A stretch of 64,000 nt of DNA from Centroscyllium fabricii (lineage: Eukaryota), in NCBI GenBank assembly GCA_051313645.2, contig JBNRSN020000029.1:49972001-50036000 (forward strand), given 5' to 3'. Of this stretch, positions 48,430-59,479 are shown one piece after another (within the stretch, counting starts at the first letter, position 1; every line of letters starts with the position of its first letter). The position numbers and the translations under genes are program-made. The notes under the pieces were generated by a model. It made no database searches. It was not told the DNA's origin and worked only from the letters and a program-made list of their open reading frames with translations.

Positions 48430-48889
48430 CAGTAAACTCTTGCTTAAACGGCACTTAATCATCTGGAATTCTTTAATAACCGGCAAAATTCAGGAGTAGG
48501 TTTCGAGGCCTCCGCCCCAGAAGGACCTGGGCAGTAGTGTCCTGAAAATGGTGGGGACTGACTTACCACTTGTTCCCGTGGGTGCTGCAATCTTCCTCCC
48601 ACAGTGTCCGCTGGCCGTCCAGCCAACGAGGAACCCAAAGGGAAGTTTTACTGTCTGTTTGTGGGGCCAGAATAAGCAGGTGTGCTCAGTCGGCTCTTAC
48701 AAAGCCAGCTTGTGCCATTGCCACACCCTCCCCTCCCGAGTTCGGAACACCCCCCACACAGAATTACCACTTTCTGGTCCGAGGTCGGCCGATTGTATAA
48801 ATTGCCTCGGTAGGTATACCTCTCCGTTATCTGGAATTTTTAATCAACCGTCCCGGTCCCGTAGGTGCTGGATACGAAAGAGTTTACTG
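48430..48889. mobile_element. Tigger-like MITE
   Basis: TIR CAGTAAACTCTT / AAGAGTTTACTG; TA TSD. Confidence 0.88.
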
Positions 48890-49123
48890 TATCTCCTTAT
48901 GTGTCAAATTTTGTTTGATAACGCTCCTGTGAAGCGCCGTGGGGACTTTTTATTCCATTAAAAGACGCTGCCTGAATTCAAGTTGCTGTTGATGTCCAAG
49001 CTAATTCAGTGGGACAGGAATAGATTCTGCGAGCTTGCCCTGCCATTCAATAAGATCATGGCTGATCAGCTACCTCATCTCCACTTTCCTGCCCTATCCC
49101 CACATCCCTCGATTTGCTTAATA

Positions 49124-49435
49124 CAGGTCTGACACCGTTAATCTGGCACTGTCGGGACCAGGCCGGATGCCGGACTAGTGAAAAATCTGAACGACTGAAG
49201 CTTCGAGCGCATGCGCAGACCATTCAAAATGGCTGCCACGCATATGCAGACCACTCAAAATGGCTGCCGCGCATATGCAGACCACTCAAAATGGCTTCCG
49301 TGCATGCGCAGACCATTCAAAATGGCTGCCGCGCATGCGCAGACCATTCAAAATGGCCACCGCGCAGACCAGTCTGGGAGAGGCCCGGATTTGTGCCGGG
49401 CGACTGAAGTTTCCGGATTAACGGTGCCGGACCTG
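49124..49435. mobile_element. pogo/Tigger-like MITE with about 30-bp internal tandem repeat
   Basis: TA TSD; CAGGTC..GACCTG termini; unit GCGCATGCGCAGACCATTCAAAATGGCTGCC. Confidence 0.87.
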
Positions 49436-49551
49436 TATCGAAAAGTCCATCAATCTCTGTCTTGTGCATACTCAACAACTGAGCCTCCACAACCCTCGGG
49501 TCGAGAATTCCAAAGATTCACCACCCTCGGTGAAGAAATTCCTCCTCCTCT

Positions 49552-50137
49552 TGACAATCAGTTCTTTTCCCTCAGTCTGGTTCAGCAATCACTGAGTCTT
49601 ATACATTCAGAAGGTTCAACACATTTATTACTACCCGCGGGGGCCAATGCTCTGAAACCTCTGCCCGACTCACAGTCTGTGCAGACTCACAGAGAAAAGG
49701 CAATTCTACATAGTGTAATGTATTTAAACATTTTCTTCTGAGTTCTTATCATGCAACTGCACAGTTTCGGTTACAGCAGTGACCCCAGGGGTCAGGACTT
49801 GTTACTTCAAAATACAAAGAGGCCCCAATTACCAGACAGCAGTTCTATGTTTTATTGCCACCTTTAGCCATCAGTAATATCGTTTTTCTGCTCATTAACT
49901 GTTCAGGGACATGCAGGGAGTTTTGTCAGATAACCGAGCATTCTTGGAATTAGTCATGTGTTTCACAGTCAGTATTTTACAAGTGCATTAATTACAGAGT
50001 TCAAAAGTTCATACTATTTTTTACTCCTATCTTAATGACTAACTTACACTAATAGCATCTATTAGTTTCTACTTGGTGCATTTTAAAATTTTCGTTTTCC
50101 CAATGAGTTTCTTACTTTGCTGGCCTTTGTATTCTCA
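49552..50137 (-). mobile_element. Probable solo LTR (ERV-like) inserted in a CR1
   Basis: TGACAAT..ATTCTCA termini; near-TSD CTCT/TTCT; the CR1 resumes afterwards; minus-strand AATAAA near 49625. Confidence 0.65.
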
Positions 50138-50504
50138 TTCTCAGTCCTAAATGGCCGACCCTTTATTCTGAGACTGTGACACCTGGTTCTGGACTCCCCA
50201 GCCAGGGGAAACATGCTCCCTGCATCGACCCTATCAAGCCCTGTAAGAATTTTGTATGTTTCAATTAAGATTACCTCTCAATCATCTAAACTCTTGTGGA
50301 TTATATGCCTAGTCTACTCAACCAAGTTCTTGGGTCTGTAGCGTCACATTGTGCCACCAGGAGAGCTGAGCGAAACCGTCTTTAATGTTTTTTTTTACAT
50401 CTGTCCCACAGGTGGACAAGGAACCAGGCAGCGGTTCACATGTTGCTCCTTGTGTTGAGGTACGTGAGGCATTGGTTATTACCGACTGTCCGCAAGGCTT
50501 CTTT

Positions 50505-50579
50505 GAGTGTTGTGATGAAACTCAGGTTTTGTTTTACTGAGTAAGACTGTGATGATAACCCGCAGCGCACTGAATGCTT
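50505..50579 (+). ncRNA. SNORD48: Box C/D snoRNA, SNORD48-like
   Basis: C GTGATGA 50512, D' CTGA 50537, C' GTGATGA 50549, D CTGA 50570, terminal stem; guide CCCGCAGCGC resembles recalled U48 (CCGCAGCGCTCTGA); D box 81 nt from the 3' splice site. Confidence 0.82.
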
Positions 50580-51449
50580 CCAGCTGCAGGCTGCTGCCTG
50601 ACCTACCCCGCTCGTGGCTGTCACCTGTAACCTGGCTACTTGTTTGTTCCGCAGGTTCGGAGGATGGGATCCGGCACAGCGCAAGAGGTGCGACAATTCA
50701 CTTATTTACCCACCCCCCGCTGCAGTGCAGAGTTAGCCCCTTGACATTTGCTGGGCTCCTGGCTCGGCAACACCTCAGGTTTTTAAAAAGTCCCTACCCT
50801 GCCTCTTTCCTCCCCCCCCCCCCCCCCCCCCCCCCCCCGCCTTCCGATCTCTGTAACCTTCTCCAGCCCGACAACCCTCACATCTTCAGCTCCTCCAATC
50901 CTGGGTTTTTGCACGTCCCAGATTTTAATCGCTCCTCCGTTGGTGGCCGGACCCTGTAGCTAGATTCCCTGCCGGAACTGCTTGCTTTCTCTCTCCTCCT
51001 CACTTTTCCCCACCCCCCCCTTCCCCTCTCGATCATCTGTCCCAAATATCTCTCTGTGGTTCCATGTCTCATTTTGCTAATAACTCCTGTGAAGCTCCTT
51101 GGGGATGCTATATAATTCCAACTTGTTACTGGATCCTCCTTATCTGAATGGCCTGGGTTGAATTCCTTTGCGGAGCGGCTCTTGGCCTAGGCAGGGTTGT
51201 GCGACAGTTGACCCTCCCCTATCCTTGGACTGGGGGGGGAGAACCAGCCACGGCTGACGCCAACCTGCCAAGTCGGTCTGCACACAGCCGACGGCATCGT
51301 GTTACCCGCTCCTGTGCTTGCAAACTGGCTTTGTTTTAACATCTTTCCTGTTTTGCAGCCTGGAGACAGGACATCTCGCGACCCCGGACTCCGCGTTGTG
51401 GCCAGGTACACGAACGATGATTTAGATCCGCAAGTTAAACCTATACCCC

Positions 51450-51526
51450 GAGTGTTAATGATGACACTTTACAGGCTAGAGTTACTGAGTTAAACGGTGA
51501 TGATACACACAGTGCTCTGAACACTC
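51450..51526 (+). ncRNA. SNORD52: Box C/D snoRNA, SNORD52-like copy 1
   Basis: GAGTGT/ACACTC stem, ATGATGA, guide CAGGCTAGAGTTA-CTGA (wobble-compatible variant), C' GTGATGA, D CTGA. Confidence 0.88.
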
Positions 51527-51751
51527 CTGAATCTGGTCCTGCGGTTGTTTCCGTGGCTCTTCGGGAGGGGGCTCTGTTTAACGTTTCTCTGTGTGTTGCA
51601 GGTTAGTTGATCGGGATGGACAAATGGTGTCGTGCAATTACATGCCTGCACAATTTACAGCGCAGAAACCGGCCAAACTGCTCCATCCCAGCTCCACACG
51701 CTGAGACCGGGTGCGTGATCATTCATTACAACCTGTAGTTAACGGTATACC

Positions 51752-51829
51752 CGAGTGTTAATGATGAGACTTTACAGACTAGAGTTACTGAGTTAAACCT
51801 GACGACAGACACAGTGCTCTGAATGCTCG
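51752..51829 (+). ncRNA. SNORD52: SNORD52-like copy 2
   Basis: Boxes and stem intact; guide ACAGACTAGAGTTA complements 28S UGACUCUAGUCUG. Confidence 0.9.
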
Positions 51830-52037
51830 CCTCTGCTGCACTTCACCCGGCGCACCTCTGGAGGGCAGCGTTTAATCCAGTTGTTGCTATTTTACAGGGA
51901 GAACTGAACAAGCAGCTGAATCGTTCTTTGCACTGCTCAGCAAGGTGAGTGGACTCTGTCGAGTTAGTTTTTTGTCGGCATTTAATACTGTTAACGGATA
52001 TTCAGTAAGGCTAGGTGCCTTCAGAGAGAGGGACAAC

Positions 52038-52121
52038 TCGGGAATGTTAATGATGACACTTTACAGACTAGAGTTACTGAATCAACCCTGGTGATACCCA
52101 CAGTGCTCTGAACACTCCCGA
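52038..52121 (+). ncRNA. SNORD52: SNORD52-like copy 3
   Basis: TCGGGAATGT/ACACTCCCGA stem; C, D' and D boxes and guide intact. Confidence 0.88.
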
Positions 52122-52174
52122 TCGCGATCTGGTCCTTCCTCTCTTGGTTTTAGGGGCCGTGTTTCACATTCTTT

Positions 52175-53221
52175 GGAACTGGCTGGCTCAGAGAAAGCAG
52201 AGGGTCGTGGTAGAGGGCCAATACTCGGGTTGGAGACCTGTCACCAGTGGGGTGCCACAGGGGTAGGTGTTGGGGCCACTACTATTTGTGATCTTTATCA
52301 ATGACTTGGAGGAGGGGACTGAGTGGTGGGTCAGCAAATTTGCAGATGACACAAAGATTGGGGGAGTAGTGGACGAGGAGGAAGGAAGTAGAAGGCTTCA
52401 GCGGGGTATAGATAGGATGCAGAGCTGGGCTGAAGAATGGCAAATGGAGTTTAACACGGGGAAATGCACTTCGGTAGGGCAAATAGGAATAGAGAATATA
52501 GGGTCAACGGCAGGGTCCTGAGCGAAGCCGAGGAGCAAAGGGATCTGGGAGTATATGTACACAGATCATTGAAGGCTGCCACCCAGGTGGATATGGCAGT
52601 AAAAAAGGCCTATGGTGTATTGGCCTTCATCAACAGGGGAATAGAGTTTAAGAACCGGGAGGTCATGCTATAGCTGTACAGGTCACTGGTCAGACCACAT
52701 TTGGAGTACTGTGTGCAGTTCTGGGCACCGTACTACAGGAGAGATGTGGAGGCGTTGGAGAGGGTACAGAGGAGATTCACCAGGATGCTGCCGGGAATGG
52801 GGGGAAAGTCGTACGAGGAGAGGTTGAGGGAGCTGGGACTCTTCTCCCTGGAACGGAGAAGGAAGAGGGGGGACTTGATAGAGGTGTTTAAGATGATGAA
52901 GGGGATTGATAGAGTAAACGTGCACAGACTCTTTCCCCGCGTGGGAAGAACGACCGCAAGAACGAACACAAGATTCAAGGAGGAAGATTCAGAAGGGATG
53001 GCAGGGGCAAGTTCTTTGCACAGAGAGTGGTCGGGGAGTGGAATAGGCTACCATCTGAAATAGTGGATGCGGACAGTCTGGGAGCTTTTAAAAGGATGAT
53101 AGATAGGTACATGGAGGGGAAGGAAGAGTAGGGGGGACAGGAAAAATCAGAGACGGACTAAGCGCGGCACTACATTGAGGGCCCAAGGGCCTGTACAGTG
53201 CTGTATAATCTATGTTCTATG
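52175..53221 (+). mobile_element. CR1 LINE inserted in the polypyrimidine tract of a snoRNA intron
   Basis: TSD TTCTTT (52169-52174, 53222-53227); empty-site paralog near 58605-58626; FADDTKIG motif. Confidence 0.9.
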
Positions 53222-53330
53222 TTCTTTCTGTTTGCAGGTTTACAGATGGATGGATGGAAGAGTCCTATTGTGTGTTGTAGTGAGGTATGTGAATCATTAA
53301 TTATAACGAGGTCTTTAACTGGTAGCGGCG

Positions 53331-53402
53331 GTGTTAATGATGAGACTTTACAGACTAGAGTTACTGAATTAACCTTGACGATAGACACAGTGCTCTGAAC
53401 AC
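53331..53402 (+). ncRNA. SNORD52: SNORD52-like copy 4
   Basis: Boxes and guide intact; extended outer stem TAGCGGC/GCTGCTA. Confidence 0.9.
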
Positions 53403-53559
53403 TCCTGGCTGCTAGATGTTACCTGGGCAATACTGGCAGCAGACTATTATATTCTCTCCGTTTTCACAGGACAAGGGAACGCACAGGACAAAGGAATAAC
53501 GTACAACCCTACTGCTTACGAGAGGAACAAGAGGTGAGTGCAGAAATGTAACTTATTTA

Positions 53560-54635
53560 TTGGCCTTTATTGCAAGGGGGTTGGAGTATAGCAGGAAGGA
53601 CATCTTGCTGCAATTACATAGGGCTTTGGTGAGACCACACCTGGAGTACTGTGCACCGTTTTGATGATCTTACCCAAGGAAGGATACACTTGCTATTTTA
53701 GAGGGGGTGTAATAAAGGTTCAGCAGACTGATTGCTGGGATGAGAGGGTCTTCCTATGGTGAGAGGTTGAGTAGACTAGGCCTGTATTATCTGGAGTTTA
53801 GGCCTATATTTGGAGTTTAGAAGAATGAGAGGTGATCGCATTGAAATAAATAAGATTCTGAGGCGGGGTAGATGCTGAGAGGCTGTTTTTTCCCCCCCCT
53901 GGCTGGAGAGTCTAGAACTAGGGGCCATAGTCTCCGGATAAGTCATTTATGACGAGATGAGAAATTTCTTCACCCGGAGGTGTTTGAATCTTTGGAATTC
54001 TCTGCCGCAGAGGGCTGTAAATGCTGAAGCGATTGAGTATATTCAAGGTAGATCAATAGGTTTTTGGATACTTGGGGAATCGAGAGATATGGGGAATAGG
54101 GCGGGAAGGGTTCGATGGGGTAGACGTAGAGGAGATGTTTCACTTGCGGAGGAGACCTTTACTCGGGTACATAAATACAAGATAATCACTAATAAATCCA
54201 ATAGGGAATTTAGAAGAAACTTCTTTACCCAGAGAGTGGCGAGAATGTGGAACTCGCTTCAACAGGGAGCGGTTAATGCGACCACGGAGGAATTACTGCG
54301 ACCACGGAGTGGTTAATGTGACCACGGGGGCAGTTAATGGGACCGGGGGGGGGGGGGTGCGGTTAATGCTATCAGCATGGAGTCATTTAAGGGGAAGCTA
54401 AGAAACGCGTGCGGGAGAAAGGAATAGAAGGCTATGTTGATGGAGTGAGCTGAAGAAGGATGGGAGGAGGCTCGTGTGGAACATCAACAGTGGCCTGGAC
54501 CAGTTGGGCCGAATGGCCTGTTGTGCTGTAAGTACCATGTCAGAAGTAGACTTGAGGTAGAAGATTAGCCATGATCTTATTGAACAGCAGAGCAGGTTCA
54601 AAGGGTCACACGGCCGACTCCTGCTCCTAATTCTT
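53560..54635 (+). mobile_element. CR1 fragments, partly duplicated at about 55650-56160
   Basis: Near-identical start GGCCTTTATTGCAAGGGGGTTGGAGTATA after the homologous exons. Confidence 0.8.
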
Positions 54636-55075
54636 GTGTTTGTCGTAGTTAATATTCTGCAGGGGTGATTGGCACTCGATCAGTGCCCAAGTTGGACCTG
54701 CTAACCAGACACTGGGTGTTGAACACTCCTGACTGCAGTAGCACTGTGTTGTACATTTTTATGGGTTGTTTTAACGTCTTCTGTTTTGTGGACCGGAGGA
54801 AGGGGAGATGTTGGGTGCTGAAGTGTGCAGATTGCCAACTCGGTGACATGTTTCTCCCCCGCCCCCAACTTTCTCATTGAGCGCAGGAGGTATCACTGGC
54901 TCCGTGGGTAAATGACACAGCCTGGGGTCACACCCATAGCCAGGGTCCCTGGTTCGACAGCCCTGGTCTGTGCTGAGTTGGTTCATCACGGGGGCTGGTC
55001 AGGGGCGAGAAGTGGCCGCGGAGAACTCTAGCAGGGACCGGTGCTTTCCCAAGAGGGGGATTTAAAAACTTCAAC

Positions 55076-55151
55076 GGGAGTGTTGATGAGACTTTGCAGA
55101 TTAGAGTTCCTGAGTTAACCTTGATGACACACACCGTGCTCTGCATTCTCC
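55076..55151 (+). pseudogene. Degenerate SNORD52-like copy 5
   Basis: C box TTGATGA, mutated guide GCAGATTAGAGTTC, D box CTGC. Confidence 0.75.
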
Positions 55152-55424
55152 AGCGCTATACGTTACCTGATGCCCGTCTTGAGGGCCGTGTTTAATCTTT
55201 TTGTTTCTATTTTACAGCTTGGAGTAGAGAACGAGGAGCGGAATCGTTCTCTCATAGCGTAGCACGGTGAGTGGATTGTCCCCGTTCTCCAGCAAGCAGC
55301 ACTTCGGTTCGATTTTTCCCGGTCACGTTTTTGTTACAGCAACTTTTAATATTGAAACTTAACGAATATTCAGAATTGGCCCCAGTGAACTCCAAGCTTG
55401 GTGCCTTCAGAGAGGGGGACAACT

Positions 55425-55506
55425 CGGGAATGTTAATGATGACACTTTACAGACTAGAGTTACTGAATTAACCTTGACGATAGACACAGTGCTCTGAACA
55501 CTCCCG
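55425..55506 (+). ncRNA. SNORD52: SNORD52-like copy 6 (recombinant)
   Basis: Boxes and guide intact; 5' flank is copy 3/7 type, 3' half and flank are copy 4/8 type. Confidence 0.9.
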
Positions 55507-56169
55507 GCTGCTAGATGTTACCCGGGCAATACTGGCAGCAGACAGCGGTTCATTATATTCTCTCTCTGTTTTCACAGGACAAGGGAATAACGTACAACCC
55601 TGCTGCTCACCAGAGGAACAAGAGGTGAGTGCAGAAATGTAACTTATTTATTGGCCTTTATTGCAAGGGGGTTGGAGTATAAGGGGAAGGACATCTTGCT
55701 GCAATTACGTAGGGCTTTGGTGAGACCACACCTGGAGTACTGTGCACAGTTTTGATCTCCGTAGCGAAGGAAGGATACACTTGCTATTTTTAGAGGGGGT
55801 GCAACATCGTTCAGCAGACTGATTGCTGGGATGAGAGGGTCTTCCTATGAGTAGAGATTGAGTAGACTAGGCCTGTATTGTCTGGAGTTTAGAAGAATGA
55901 GAGGTGACCTCATTGAAACATAAGATTCTTTGGGGGGGATTGACAGGGTAGATGCTGAGAAGCTGTTTTTCCCCTGGCTGGAGAGTCTGGAACTTGGGGG
56001 CTGAGTCTCCGGATAAGGGGTCGACCATTTATGATGAGATGAGAGATTTTTTCACTTTGAGGGTTGTGAATCTTTGGAATTCTCTTCACCCACTGAATTG
56101 ATGATATATTCAACCGCTCAGTAGCTATTTGGATACTAAGGGAATCGAGGGATATGGGTGGTAAGGGTT

Positions 56170-57930
56170 TTTTGTTATTCGTTTGAGATGTGGGCGTCAT
56201 TGGCAAGGCCAGCATTTATTGCCCATTTCTAATTGCCCTTGAGAAGGAGGTGGTGAACCGCCTTCCTGAACCAGCGACGATGAAGGATCGGCGATATATT
56301 TCCAAGTCAGGATGGTGTGTGACTTGGAGGGGAACTTGGAGGTGGTGGTATTCCCATGCGCTTGATGCCCTTGTCCTTCTAGGTGGAAGAGGTCGCAGGT
56401 TTGGGAGGCACTGCCGAAGAATCCTTGGCGCGTTGCTGCAGTGCATCTTGTAGATGGTACACACGGCAGCCACGGTGCGCCGGTGGTGGAGGGAGTGAAT
56501 GTTGGAGGTGGTGGATGAGTTGCCAATCCAAGCAGGCTGCTTTGTCCTGGATGGTGGCGAGCTTCTTGAATGTTGGGGCTGCACTCATCCAGGCCAGTGG
56601 AATGTATTCCATCACACTCCTGACTTGTGCCTGGTGGAGAGGCTTTGGTTAGTCAGGGGGCTGAGACACCCACCACAGAATACCTAGTCTCTGATCTGCT
56701 CTTGTTGCTGCAGTATTTATGTGGCTGGTCCAGTTCAGTATCTGGTTACTGGCATCTCCCAGGATGTTGGGTGATTCGGTGATGGTAATGCCGTTTAATG
56801 TCATGGGGCGGTGGTTAGACTCTCGCTTGTTGGAGGTAGTCATTGTGTGGCGTGAATGTTACCTGCCACTTCAGCCCAAGCCTGAACATTGTCCAGGCCT
56901 TGTTGCATGTGGGCATGGACTGCTTCATTATCTGAGGGCTTGCGAATGGCACTGAACACTGCAGTCATCAGCGAACATCCCACTTCTGACCTTGCGTTGG
57001 AGGGAAGGTCATTGATAAGCAGCTGAAGATGGTTGGTCTTCGGACACTGCCCTGAGGAACTCCTGCAGTGATGTCCTGGGGTTGTGATGATTGACCTTCA
57101 AGCACTACAACCATCTTCCTTTGTTAGGTATGACTCCAGCCAGTGGAGAGTTTTTCCCCCCCAATTCCTATTGACTTCAGTTTTACTAGGGCTCCTTGAT
57201 ACCACACTTGGTCAAATGCTGCCTTGATGCCAAGGGCAGTCACCCTAACCTCTGGAATTCAGCGCCTTTTGTGCATGTTTGGCCAGGAGCCAAGTGGGCT
57301 GGGCTTGGAACCCAAACTGGGCATCGGTGAGCAGGTTATTGCTGAGTAGGTGCCGCTTGATGGAATGTGTCATTGACAGCCCTGTCACTTTGCTGATTGA
57401 GAGTAGACTGATGGCCCGGATTGGATTGTCCTGCTTTTTGTGGACCGGACATACCTGGGCAGTTTTCCACATTGTCGGATAGATGCCAGCGTGTGGCTGT
57501 ACTAGAACAGCTTGGTTAGAGGTGCGGTTAGTTCTGGAGCACAGGTTTTCAGCACGACAGCAGAGATATCGTCAGGGCCCATAGCCTTTGCTGTATCCCG
57601 TGCACTCGGCCGTTTCTTTATCACGTGGAGTGAATCGAATTGGCTGAAGACTGGCTTCTGTGATGGTGGGGACCTCGGGAGGAGGCCGATATGGATCATC
57701 CACTCGGCACTTTTGGCTGAAGATGGTTGCAAACGCTTCAACCTTGTCTTTTGCACTCATGTACTGGGCTCTACCATCATGGAGGATGGGGATATTGATG
57801 GAGCCTCCTCCCGTTAATTGTTTAATGGTCCACCACCATTCACGACTGGATGTGGCAGGACTGCAGAGCTTTGATCTGATCCGTTGATTGTGGGATCGCT
57901 TAGCCCTGTCTAGCATGCTGCTTCTGCTTT
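56170..57930 (-). mobile_element. CR1/L2-superfamily LINE, decayed
   Basis: KAMGPDDISAVVLKTCAPEL; TVAAVCTIYKMHCSN. Confidence 0.85.
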
Positions 57931-58479
57931 TTAGCATAGAGTACAAAAAAAAACTATCTCCGCTTTGAATATACGCAGCGAGTTGGCATCCACGGCCCTC
58001 GGGCAGAGAATTCCAAAGATTCACAACCGTCTTGAGTGAAGAAATTCCTCCTCATCTCGGTCTTAAATGGCCTATTTTATATCTGTCTTCACAGTGGAAG
58101 ACACAAAGCAGACCAAAAATGGCAGGGAACCAAGGGTCTAATGAGGGGAGGAACTTAACGTAATTAATATAAGTAGAGGGGTGGGGAAGTACTAGAGAAA
58201 CTAATGGGACTGAAACCTGATGCATGTCTTGAGGGCACTGTTTAATCTCTCGTTTTATTTTACAGCTTGGAGTAAAGAACGAGGAGCTGAATCGTTCTCT
58301 CTCCATGTAGCACAGTGAGTGGATTGTCACCGTTCTCCAGCACGAAGCAACTTCCGGTTAGGTTTTCCCGGTCACGCTTTTGTTATGGCAATGTTTTTAA
58401 TATTGATACTTAATGGATATTCAGAATTGGCCGTACGCCAGTAGGGCTTGGTGCCGTCAGAGAGAGAGAGAGGGACAAC

Positions 58480-58563
58480 TCGGGAATGTTAATGATGACA
58501 CTTTACAGACTAGAGTTACTGAATCAACCCTGGTGATACCCACAGTGCTCTGAACACTCCCGA
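58480..58563 (+). ncRNA. SNORD52: SNORD52-like copy 7
   Basis: Essentially identical to copy 3; D box 73 nt from the 3' splice site. Confidence 0.9.
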
Positions 58564-58723
58564 TCGCGATCTGTTGCTTCCGCTCCTGGTTTTAGGGGTC
58601 GTGTTTCACATTCTTTCTGTTTGCAGGTTTACAGATGCAAGGATGGCAGAGTCTATAAAGTTGTGTGCTGTAGTGAGGTATGTGAATAATTAATTATAAC
58701 GAGGTCTTTAACTGGTAGCGGCG

Positions 58724-58795
58724 GTGTTAATGATGACACTTTACAGACTAGAGTTACTGAATTAACCTTGACGATAGACACAGTGCTCTGAACAC
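58724..58795 (+). ncRNA. SNORD52: SNORD52-like copy 8
   Basis: Near-identical to copy 4; D box 80 nt from the 3' splice site. Confidence 0.9.
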
Positions 58796-59479
58796 TCCCG
58801 GCTGCTAGATGTTACCCGGGCAATACTGGCAGCAGACAGCGGTTCATTATATTCTCTCTCCGTTTTCACAGGACAAGGGAACGCACAGGACAGCCGGGCG
58901 ATCACCACCACAGACAGCAGTTAGAAGGGTCTTACTTTTTTCACTCTCTGCAGGTTACGGGGAATCCACGAGCCCAGAGATTGGTGTCCTCCCGCGTCCA
59001 CCGAACGAATGGGTGGAGAGGAATCTCTCTGCAAGCTGCTGCCTGGCTGCAGGTGACCTGTTGAGCAGCGAAGCCCTGTCCCCTCCCACCGGAGTCTGCG
59101 ACCGTGCTGATTTTGGTGTGTTTGAAGGGTGAAGATGTGGACAGGCCCTACCCTTGGTGCTGGTAGATTTACACTACCTCTTGTAGACTTGTATCTGTAA
59201 TAAAATCAGCATAACTCTTGTGATGGTGTTGTCTTTATTTAAATTTGCTTTCTTCTTCGTCCCACATACCCACTTGAATGCTAGGCAACGAGGTTCTCTT
59301 TGTTCCTTCACCAATTGTCCAGATTGCCCCTTCTCCGGTACGGAAGTGTGGAAACAGCCTAGTGGGTAACGGCATTGACTAGTGTGGTACTGATCCTTAC
59401 AGCATGACAGCCTAGTGTTCCCAGAACTGAGCTCTCTCTATTTTCAGGTATTTATCCAATTCCCTTTTGAAAGTTATTA

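Larger units (their letters stand above)
50412..59225 (+). ncRNA. Spliced non-coding snoRNA host gene (SNHG32/C6orf48-like); 5' end not defined
   Basis: Short AG/GT exons 50412-50459, 50655-50687, 51359-51405, 51602-51710, 51898-51944, 53238-53284, 53470-53533, 55218-55266, 55578-55624, 58266-58314, 58627-58677, 58872-; last acceptor at 58953; AATAAA at 59199 with GT-rich downstream element; one snoRNA per intron. Confidence 0.85.

Noticed and set aside
51812-51825. CAGTGCTCTGAATG resembles a sense stretch of 28S rRNA
   Set aside because: Short, same-sense and overlapping box D, with no flanking rRNA similarity; likely coincidence
54660-54735. Possible ninth SNORD52 remnant (..TGAACACTCCTG)
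   Set aside because: No C box or guide recognisable
51450-58795. CRISPR-like recurring repeat
   Set aside because: Vertebrate DNA, irregular spacing and no cas genes; C/D boxes and intronic placement explain it as snoRNAs
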